The notes beneath the pieces are model-generated. The model saw nothing but the letters and a program-made list of their open reading frames with translations. It searched no databases and was not told the origin of the DNA. Positions 54,012 through 64,000 of a DNA stretch of 64,000 nucleotides are shown here, piece by piece (position 1 is the stretch's first letter; every line of letters begins with the position of its first letter). Origin of the DNA: Blasia pusilla (taxonomy: Eukaryota); NCBI GenBank assembly GCA_050084515.1, contig CM114271.1, forward strand, positions 12,586,001-12,650,000, written 5' to 3'. The position numbers and the translations under genes were made by a program.

Positions 54012-54612
54012 AAACGATACGTCAAAACAGACAAGGCCATGGTTGGACTATGGCCAGGGTGGTAAACTAAAATTGGTAAGAAGGAAAATGATGCACTTCG
54101 ATAAAAACGTGTGATGGAAAACCCATCTGAAGTACAAAAGAGGGGTACTCAAAGAGTCAAAACCTGAAGGCCACAACAAGACCAGAAAAGGAAGAAGGGG
54201 GCATGAAGAGTGATTGAGGCATTGCTTAACGGCCAACATTAATTCGGGCGGAAGTGGAGGAGGTTCCAAGGGAGAGAAGTGAGACGGGGCAGCGGGTGGA
54301 AGCATGGCATCGAGGAGGGAAGGACTCGACCATAAAATATTTACCGTAACACATGGGGACAGGACGCAAGGACGGCAACGGATGAGTGATCGTTGCCATC
54401 CATCCCTTTAATGGTTGCGGTGCTCATCTACCTGGTTATCGACGCTTGAGCAATTTCGGGCTCCATCACAAATCATTTACGATGATTGATTGCTCATTCC
54501 CTTCTCGTTGGTTCTTCCTCTCATTCACATTCTTGCAATCTCTCTTCTCTGGTTTAAGGTCTATTCTCCCAGGTTTGCTGCTTTACGTGTTGTTTTGAGC
54601 TCCACTTCCGAC

Positions 54613-54767
54613 GGCTATGCGCACTTCATGCAAAATTTGACAAAACTTCATGATTCCGAGCCGTGCAGGATTCAGAACTGCTTGTACTCGGCTGTGCGCA
54701 CTTCATGCAAATTTTGACAAAGCTTCATGATTCCGAGCCGTGCAGGATTCAGAACTGCTTGTACTCG
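54613..54767. repeat. Tandem duplication (77 bp x2)
   Basis: GCGCACTTCATGCAAA...GATTCCGAGCCGTGCAGGATTCAGAACTGCTTGTACTCG occurs twice. Confidence 0.9.
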
Positions 54768-55279
54768 AAGTTAGTTGTTGCGTCCTACTTCCTGTTGTGA
54801 GCGCCATCCATCACCTGCGTGTAGTTCTCCTTGGTACTTTTCAAGATCGCTGCCACTCACAATCAGGTAAGCTATCTTAGCTTCCGCTTGTGTTCTCATC
54901 ACTCCTTACCCACTGCTTTTGTATTTTTACCTTATATCATTACTAGATGACCGAAACTACATGATTCCAAGACCTTCCGCCTCTCCCAACCCTCTACTTC
55001 TTGGACGCGTAGAACGGCCTCCATAGCCACCATGATCATCACCTAAAGCAGACCCAATTCGAATGAATCGACCCTTCGATGATGGACATGGATGACGCGG
55101 TGCACCTAACTGGTAGAAGCACTACCAGAAATTCCCAGCCTCGAGCAGATGTCAGCTTCAGAAATTAGAAGAGCCTCACGGTTATATCGTCCGCCGGATG
55201 TCCAGTCGCGCCTTTGGCTGCTAGAAAAATCCCATTGTTCATCTGCCCTTTGTCGAGTGGATTTCTCCGCCTAGTCCAG

Positions 55280-55640
55280 TCGCCGGTCCCCACCCTGTCG
55301 TACTCACTCCTTCGTAGAGCTCTAGTGCATCATCATAACGTCCTAACCTAGAGTACACCCGAGTATGTGGGTCACCTCATCCGGAACCATCCCAGTCTCA
55401 TGCATTTTATCGAACCACTTGACAGCATCCATTGGAGCTTTTCACCGTAGGGCACAACTGATAAGAGTACTGGACGTATAATTATCCAGTTGAATACCAT
55501 CACCCACCATTTCCTCGGAAAATTCTTCAGCAACTTGCCATTGCTTCCTTGCACGCATGGTCCCCAGGATCACATTGTACACAACAATGTCGAGTCCAAA
55601 GTCTTGAGATTTGACCCACCTGAACAACCGAAGGATGAGA
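55280..55640 (-). pseudogene. P-class PPR gene fragment resembling PPR-SMR proteins (SOT1/SVR7 type)
   Basis: VVYNVILGTMRARKQWQVAEEFSEEMVGDGIQLDNYTSSTLISCA*...AVKWFDKMHETGMVPDEVT, then after a frameshift VYSRLGRYDDALELYEG...GWGP. About three PPR repeats with a stop and a frameshift. Confidence 0.8.
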
Positions 55641-55768
55641 TCATCACATGCTATCAAATGCATCGTCACACTGCTCACCATCCTCTGCTCGATGTGTTGC
55701 AATTCACAGTGCTTCTTGCCCACCACAACAGTTCCTCCGGTGATTGAATCTCACCCCTCCCCCACCCG

Positions 55769-55843
55769 TCTCTCTCTCTCTCTCTCTCTGTGTGGTCCAT
55801 CGCTACACTCCGCCAACCCAATCTGTGTAGGAGTTGTTGCTAG

Positions 55844-55903
<60 letters not shown>

Positions 55904-55954
55904 GTCCATCGCTACACTCCGCCAACCCAATCTGTGTAGGGGTTGTTGCTAGCC
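55769..55954. repeat. Two (CT)n runs, each followed by the same ~55 bp unit
   Basis: TGTGGTCCATCGCTACACTCCGCCAACCCAATCTGTGTAGG.GTTGTTGCTAGCC at 55791 and 55900. Confidence 0.9.
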
Positions 55955-55970
55955 AGCCAGCTAGCGCGGA

Positions 55971-56382
55971 TCAAAATTCGTAGAACTCTAGAAGATCGTC
56001 CAGCTCTGTGGTCCTCACAGCGGGATGATTTGTAGCAAACAACCATAGCATGTGCTTGAAGAGCACAGCCTTGCAGGGGATGACGAGCCCGCCGCTATAG
56101 GAGAATCCAAATTCCTCCTCTGAGCGCTTGAGCAGCGCCTTGAAGAGATAGCGGTTGAGAAAGTGCGTGTTGATGACAAATCGCTTCTTCTCTCTCCCCA
56201 CATACACAGCCTTGAGGGATGTCCCGCGGAACAGCTCCTCCTGCGCAGAATGTAGTGGAGCGGCGGGTGGTGCTGCTGCTACTGGAGAGCTTCCCGCAAG
56301 AGCCATTGTCGTCCGTCGCGCTATGCTCAAAGCTGTTGCGACGCGCGAATCTCCTCACAATGCGTACAATTTGCCTCGTCAT
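55971..56382 (-). pseudogene. SAUR: SAUR (small auxin-up RNA) family gene, frameshifted near 56210
   Basis: One frame gives RQIVRIVRR...VPRDIPQG. A second frame gives AVYVGREKKRFVINTHFLNRYLFKALLKRSEEEFGFSYSGGLVIPC. Confidence 0.85.
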
Positions 56383-57296
56383 TTTGATGTGTCCCGTTGT
56401 GTCTGGCAGAAACTCTTGAGAGCTCCGTGGAGCTCAATGCCGAGCTGTGAACGCTCAAATCATTGTTCCAACCAACTTTCACTGATGTGAACTCTAATAG
56501 ACTCGACTTCGGTGCAAGAAATCTTCAAGACCGCAGCGCACACCCACAACTGAGCTCACCTGCTGAAGACCCAATGCCATAATTCTTTTCCTCCACACTA
56601 CAACTCAAGTCGACGGCCTCCCCGCCTCCACGCGAGTCCTAGCGATCGCCCAAACCCATTGCACTGGACTTGAAATTCTCCAGATTTTCTCGATTGCTGA
56701 TGTTGGGAACTGTGAGGGCTTTGGCAACCTCACAGTACCCAACATAGCTATCGAACGTAAATTGGGTTGATCCAAAGCAAATGCAGTTGAGTTTCAATCC
56801 CGGACCGAGAGTAACTTCTGCCAAGGCAAATGATCGAGAACGCAAGAGCATAACCGTACGAAACGAGAAAGGGAGATGGAAAGGAAAACCGCACTGAGTG
56901 CCCGAACTTCCAAGCTGACGCTCTGCCTGCTTGCAGGCAGAGCGTCATGGCGGGAGCTTGGAAGTTTAGTGCAAAGCATGCCACCCTCGAGACTGCCATC
57001 GCACGAATCAAGCGTGCCTGCTCTACAACCGATGTAATGGAGCAAAACAGATCGAGCGTGAGGAAAGCCCGGGAGACGGCTGCCATACTTCCGCAATGCT
57101 TGTCTAGGATGCTCTCGGGCCAGGAAACGGAGTACCTAGCAAGACCATTCTTGTAGTGACACGTAGCATTGAGTCACCGCTGGATGCCCTCTGCATCCAG
57201 AACAACAACCAAGACCGAGAATTTATAACACACGGCCGTAAAAATCATTTATCAGCATTCTGCTTCAAACCAAAATTATGGCTACTATCGGAACCT

Positions 57297-57551
57297 GTTG
57301 TGAAAATTGAACCCTCAATGAACACTTGCCCGTACTATATTATCAGAAAAATATCTCAATTATATTAGTTGGTGGTCAATGCATAGATGTATAATTTTGT
57401 TGTGAAAATTTAACACTCAATGAACACTTGCCTGTACTATATAATCAGGAAAATATTTCAATTATATTAGTGAACACTTGCCTATACTATATAATCAGAA
57501 AAATATTTCAATTATATTAGTTGGTGGTTAATGTATGGATGTATAATTTTG
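57297..57551. repeat. AT-rich tandem repeat (~102 bp unit plus an internal 50 bp duplication)
   Basis: TGAACACTTGCC..TACTATAT.ATCAG.AAAATAT.TCAATTATATTAG occurs three times. Confidence 0.85.
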
Positions 57552-59407
57552 AATTGAATTTGAACTCTAACCTCACTTCCAAAAAGTGATTATAAAAATG
57601 AGGAGATAATAAATATATAGATTTGGTATCATCCCGAGTTGATAACCATAATTCAACATCTACGATAGTTGGTTACGGTAAAGATTGAACAACTGCCATC
57701 TTTGTGCCCTTTATGTTGTACGCAGTTATTCTGTCATGATACAAAATCTGTAAAGGACGTTTTCTGTCTTATCAGATACGTTTTCTCTCAATTAAGGACA
57801 ATTTCCTACATTGGTCTTTCTATTTTTGTTCCTACCTGAACAAATTGAGTACAAATTGCTTGGTACAATTTTCCTTGTTGTGGTAGTAACCTTTCCATTT
57901 CATGCCATTTTCAAGGGGACCACAAGTTAAAGAGAACGAGCTCCACCAGGCGGAGTTGGTAACAATTTGACTGCATTCTTGGAATCGGGTTAATGCACAT
58001 ACAAATGATAGTCGAAACACAAATCTTCCTACGAGATTTATTTCCAATTATGATGGTGGCAGGGTAATATGCCTTTCGCTGGTGACAATGCTTGAAGGTG
58101 TGTATCTAGTGAGATGATACAAATTGGCACCCCCAGCTGACAACAGCCAAGACAGGCAATTATGAGTCTCCTACTACAATTGCTAGGCGGCTATACACAC
58201 TCCACACACAAAGCAATTTGAAAATCAAGAGATGGACCATGAACTGTGACTGCTTCTTGACCACATCACCTGCACCTATCATAAAGCAAATGTGACTGAA
58301 AGATGATGCGAGGCAAGCTGGATCTGGCACTGTAAACTGGTGAAAAGAAATGCTTACTCACAAATCAAACCACCCAAACATGATCATTTCGAATAGCTTG
58401 CGACTCATAGTTCATTTCTTAGAATTAGAATTACATAGAGGCCACATACATGCTTGCTGTGACCACTCTACAGAGCCACAGTACTCTTGTGAAAGCCTCT
58501 GCTACATGATTGTGCACATTAAGCCAAATTAGCTCTGCTTCACTGTTGTCTTGTTCTGTCCTCCAAGAAACCCTGTAAAACCACTCTACTAGAGGATTTG
58601 TGTTGGATTGGCTGGTCCTGTGTATAAACCTCAGACTACTTGCTCAAGTTTGCCTGGAAATTTCATTTCTTTTGGCAACTTAATAAGAATAGCCTATCTC
58701 TGCATGAGTACCTGTGTCCAAGCTCACTAAGACCAACTTCATACCCCGCACAAGACCTTTCTCCAAGCTCACTAAGACCAACATAATACCCAGCACAAGA
58801 TGCTGGGCGAAGCTATCAGACTCGGCACCTATTTCTGGAATGCATCTCAGCCTACAGCACTGGAAAGAATCGTCAGTCAAGCAGGAAAATTCTGCTTGGA
58901 TATAAGGATGGGGGGAAAATGACTGAAATCTTGGCTAGAACTCCTATTTCAGAAACTTCGCTTTTAAAGTACACTCAGGGTGGTCTCATGCTTTCCCTCA
59001 TCAACAGCCCGCGCTACATGGCCATTCAACTGACTGGTTTGTAAGTGAGTTCAGCAGGTGTGTTGCACCCTTGGATACTGACATAGGTATACTGACAATG
59101 TACATGGACTTAGTGCCCTGAATGGTGAATTCCACAACATCACTGGGAAGTGACTCACACTTGTTCGGACAACCAGACAGCTGCTGAAACCAAAGTTTCC
59201 TCCAAGTGGGCTTCCACTGTCAGTGTTGTCACTCTCTGCAGCACTAACTCACAATGAAAATAGCAAGTTTTGTCATGTTGATGTGCGAGGATCTACCCTA
59301 AAGAATTGAACCAGTCTTGACTACTCTGACAGACTACAAACAAGAAGAGACAGAAGTAGATGAGGACCAGGTAGAAGGGAATGCACAAAGGCTACTAAAC
59401 TACCACT

Positions 59408-61604
59408 CTACCTTTGCTCTCCTTCTTCATCCTCTATAAGGATTTTCTTCAGAGCCTCATAGCACATGAATGAAATCCCAGCAGCTGGGATTAATTTGAA
59501 ACAACTTGCAGCAAGTCCTCTGTACAACCCAGCAGGACCTTGTTGTGCAAGAATGCTTTGCAACGCATGTGGAAGATTTTTATAGACCACACGACCACTT
59601 ACAGCCCCTAATTGCATTTGTTTCCTTGCAACCTCCAATGGAAAGGTTGTGGCACTTGCAAGGGCGGCAGATGTAGACCCCATGCACAGGGTGACCAAAT
59701 TTCCGACATTCTCCTGTTTAGTATACTTTTTGTAGGTCCTGCGTAGGGTGTCATAGACAAAGTAGTTTGTAGCAGCGTATGGTATAACTCCAATGAGACT
59801 TGGTGTGAGTCCCCTGTAGAGCTCTTTTGGTCCTTCTTCCTTGCAAATCTTCACCATAGCGTGTAGTAAGTTGTCGTACACACCCCGCTGCCATTGGAAA
59901 GAAAGTCAACCTTAAGTTTAAAGAGTAGACTGCTGAAATTGTGAGGTGAGTAGAAAAAATTGCTAGTCCAAGTGCAATTGACGCTTGTATGACATGTTTA
60001 ATTTCTTCAGACTATTTCAGATACCCTCTCATCAGAATCTTTTGGAGAAAACAAGAACGAGGGAGAAAGGACAGACCTGAATTGTCAACCGGGTCTTCAA
60101 TAACTCCAAAGGGTACATAATCAACGTTGAACAGACACCTGCTGTGGCACCTGCCACCGGTGCTATTGGAAAAGGAATGAGTGGCTTCTCCCCTTCTTTG
60201 CGAATCAGGAATTTCTTCACAGTATCATAGGCGAACAGCTGAAATTTCCGAGATCAATTCCACACAGTTAATAGGGTTCAGACCTGAACGAATGCGAATT
60301 CTCACACACAAAGATCCGTACCTACATGCCTGGACCACAATTGAGAAAGAGGCGTCATCTCAAGTATGGTGACAGTAGGATCATGATCTGACCAATAACG
60401 GCTTTGACTGGTCCAATCAAAAGTATTGCAGAACTGGTTTGTATGAGAAATTTCAAGAAATGGAGGTCAATTAAGCAGAAACAGTTCAGCCAAAGACTAT
60501 GGATCTCTCATAACAACTCAGACTGAAGGATTTTTCATGGGATATACAGAGAATCAGATATCACCAAAGAATTAACAGTTTCCCCACGCTGTGAATTCTT
60601 TGGTGAGGCTGAAAAGCATGCCCCAATCTCTGGATCACTCGCCCATATGTGACCCAAATTTTATGGCCAATAGGACTCGGAACACACTATCGGGGAACAA
60701 GAAGAATTCCAGAATACTGAGCTGCTCGAGACTATAGTTCACTCTTAACGAGAGGCGGACCATCATCCACCTAGAAATCTATAAATATAGCCTTCTCACA
60801 CTCGTGCGATCTTTTTGTTTCAAGATCTTAGACGTACGTTCAAATGCTTTTTCGGGATAACTAAAAGAAAATCCTACACCAACAAAAAATTGAGGCATCT
60901 AAACTAGGACTAAGAAATGAATAAGTCGCTATTGTAATCAGGATACTATTCCTGAAGACTCCTAATTCCACTCATTCTAAAGGGGCAACCCACACAAAGA
61001 ATTGAATTCATCCTCCTCCTACAATAAGCTCCAAGGTACAGAAAGCCTAGCTATGACCCACCTCAATCGCCTTGCTTGGGGCAACTCGAATGACATTGAC
61101 ACCATTTCCTCTGAACAGCCCTCGCCATCCCTCCTGTCCAACAATGTGATGGAAAACAGCTGGGACAGTATGACCACCGCTCCCAACCATAAGATGAGTT
61201 CTGATGGTCTCGAGTGGAGCGACACAGGTTCTAGAGAATGCTCCGGCAATCGCCCCACTCAGCAGCCTCTTCAAATTGGTATTCTTAACCTTCACGCGAA
61301 CAGGCCTGAGGAGAGGCTTAGAAGATTTTTCGATTGTCTTGCGCTCTTTACTTTCAGTTTCCAAAGCCTCTCTTACCTTGTCGACTTGAGGAAACAAAGT
61401 TCGAAGCTCAAATTCACTAACAGGCAACGGATCTGCGTGCCTAGGCGCAAACTCTAAACTGCGATCGGAGGGTTTGCATACTAGTGGTGGAAGAGCCGCC
61501 ACTCTCTCCGCCATCACTCGTTGCCTTTGTCTCTGCATTTGTCCAGCGCTCACTGCGGCTGGGCGCGCTGACAAAGTTTCCGCTGTTCCTCGAGCTCCAG
61601 CCAT
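59408..61604 (-). CDS. BT1-like: Mitochondrial carrier family adenine nucleotide transporter, Brittle1-like, 3 exons, 394 aa
   Basis: GT-AG exons 61604-61062, 60238-60077 and 59887-59408 give an open frame. Three PxE/DxxK/R signatures (APLETIRTHL, YPLELLKTRL, FPLEVARKQM). BT1-typical RLLSGAIAGAFSRTCVAPLETIRTHLMVGS and GLFRGNGVNVIRVAPSKAIELFAYD. Confidence 0.95.
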
Positions 61605-62305
61605 TCACTCCCTTTCTCCGACTGATTGAATCGCACAGTGCTACTCCGAATCCCAATTCTCCACGGCGTCCTCACACAGAGAATTTCCTTCCTCAACCTA
61701 CCACTCCCCAACCTCCAGGGGAATGTTTCCCAAGACCTCTCCTGCTCGAGGAGTGACAGCCCAAGCACAGCGCTAAACGCCTCCAGGTGCAGCACGGAGA
61801 AAAAAATCCGACAAGGCGCGCACAATGAAAGTTGGTGCCACCCGACTTCAGCTAGGTTGAAAATCCTGTCGCAGGCGGTCGGCACAAAGACGCTTTCGTA
61901 CCCTCAATATCTTCGACTACCCAGGCCGATTCTGACTACGAGCCTCTTCATTGTTGCTGATCCCCAGACCAGAGAATCCATGCACCATGCTTGGTTCACT
62001 TCGCGCCCCACGGACCAGCCTGCCATCAACTTCCCGGTCTGAGTTTCAACACTCAAGGGCACTACTCTGCATCCACCACACCAAACCACACACACCCGCA
62101 CCTTCAATGGCCGTCTCTCTCTCTCTCTAAGATGTACTCTTTCTCAGAGATGAAACGCAAACATCGTCTGTAGGGGGGAAATTTTAAGAAGATGTTGGAT
62201 CATGGGGCGTGTCCAGAACAAATTGCGGAATGTCTGGGCAGAAAAGACAGCGCCAGAACGCGGATGGGAGTAAGCCGTTAGAGGAGAAGAAGAGAGTCTG
62301 AGCTC

Positions 62306-62310
<5 letters not shown>

Positions 62311-62337
<27 letters not shown>
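62311..62337. repeat. (CT)n microsatellite upstream of the BT1-like gene
   Basis: Perfect CT run. Confidence 0.9.
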
Positions 62338-62340
<3 letters not shown>

Positions 62341-64000
62341 GGGAGAGAAAAGATATGTGCAGGAGAAGTAGCAGAGCAGAGGATGTGATGTACGAGATGA
62401 AACCCGACTCCACAGTCCAAACCACATCCAATTCCGCACTGGTGGGGACAAGACGGCCCTGAATCGATCACCCCTGAACTGCTGATCCCCAGACCGCTCC
62501 ACGAATTCCTCGTAGCACCGGAAGCGCTCTTTGAATCACCGCCCAGGCAAAACCGGTCCCGTCCTAAGTCTGCCTTGGTGAACTGAAGTGAACTGAAATT
62601 CCGCGAATTGGGGCTAAAGGAGGGAAGATGAGATGGAATGTTGCAAGTCTGCCTCACGTGTCGGTCAAGGAGTGGTGTGATTTTGTGTTGCTCTTGCCAA
62701 TCCTCGGTGGACAGAACAGGGTGTCTATCCGTGGGGCTGTCAAGAAAGCTCCGTCCGCCATAGCTCTGTTCGACGTGGCATGGCCTCGAACGCCGTTTCC
62801 AACCCTAATCTACGCCTAACTCTATCGCCCGGGCTGGCGGAGTTATTCTTGCATCAGGTTACTTCGCTCTGGTTACCAGACCTACGTCGCTTCCATTTTC
62901 ACCGAGCCTCCGTTCTCCTTTTGGTCCTGTGAATCACAGAGCATTTCCTTTTGTGGAGAATATTCTCCTGCGAAGGTGCGCCTATGCACGCTTGGGGATC
63001 TTTTACCTACTTCACTCTGGAAGACGTGTCAAAAGGTGGGGGAATTTAGGCTACGGGAGGATTCTATGAGCATTAAAATGGCGATCCGTATAAGATACCG
63101 AGATGCATTTCAAATTCATTAACAGTAAAGTAAATAATATTTCCATTAGAAAGAATTCCTTTGTTTAAAGACGGCATGAGAAATATTTTTTCAACATTAT
63201 TATCATTACTTTTTTAAGATGGTGGAATAATTTTTTGAGGAGCTTTCCTTTATTTTGGTTTTGGAGTTTCATTGGCTGGGTCGACTTTTCATTGGTTTAT
63301 GACTATTCCAAACTTATTTTTACTCCAGCTGTCTGCCTTGTTGAACAATGGAGACCGTCAATGCGAAGCTGTGTCTAGATCTACCATGACCAAGTTCTTT
63401 AGTGCTAGCCCTGGTTACTAAAACCTAGGACAAGATCATATGTACTCTTAACAAAAGATGGGGTTACATAGGCCTTCCTCTTGGTTTTGACACCATTCAT
63501 TCGAGGGCCTCTCTATTGCTTACACATGTCAATTTAATTGAGAGTGTTATGTTACGGGGTAGTTAAGTTAAGAAGAGAAATCATGAACAAGGAAAGCGGG
63601 GAAAGACAATTCTTTTCCCATGGTGCAGGCAACGCACTAGTAGTACAACTAAGGAATATCTCATCCAAATTCTCTCCATGTCCTGATTACGTTACAAGTT
63701 CTGCTTTTTTTTTCCTCTCCACCTAGCCCATCCATGTGCCCTGCACACATGATAAAGGGTTGCACATTGGTTATATGTGGGCCACAAACTTCACTTCCAT
63801 TTTACAAAATCCAACCCAAGAGGGCATCTAGCTTCCTCTTTTGGGACTTGGCATAAAGTTAAATGTTCTTGTGCCAAGAAAGATCCTATGTGGTATTGAA
63901 ATAACTTGCCAATTAAAGAACCCATAACCCTTACGGAAGAGACGATTCGGTCGAAAATTTGGCTATCACATAAGTAAATACTACCTTAACTTAGTAGTTT

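Noticed and set aside
56748-57156. Overlapping short ORFs upstream of SAUR
   Set aside because: No recognisable homology or splice structure.
57297-57551. CRISPR-like repeat spacing
   Set aside because: Contiguous tandem duplication without unique spacers, in a eukaryotic context.

Overview
Plant nuclear DNA, probably a non-seed land plant (inferred from gene content only), with AT-rich TE debris, GA/CT microsatellites and spliced host genes. Two intact host genes lie on the minus strand. One is an 8-exon class I RPD3/HDA19-like histone deacetylase (22638-29085) with a very long S/T/G/P-rich tail. The other is a 3-exon Brittle1-like adenine-nucleotide carrier (59408-61604). The stand-out is a ~10 kb Ty3/gypsy-type LTR retrotransposon on the minus strand (~30795-40997). 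Its polyprotein runs Gag - aspartic protease - DNMT3-like C5 cytosine methyltransferase - RT - RNase H - DDE integrase - PHD finger. Protease, methyltransferase and the RT N-terminus share one reading frame broken only by three point stops, so the methyltransferase is a built-in Pol domain. This copy is now disabled, although its terminal repeats are ~98% identical and asymmetric. Older pieces of the same family lie at 3983-7630, ~8500-9020 and 41068-41689. Also present are a degenerate Helitron2/Helentron-like Rep-PIF1 gene (49508-53594) with possible cargo, a SOT1-like PPR fragment, a frameshifted SAUR and an unrelated gypsy RT remnant.
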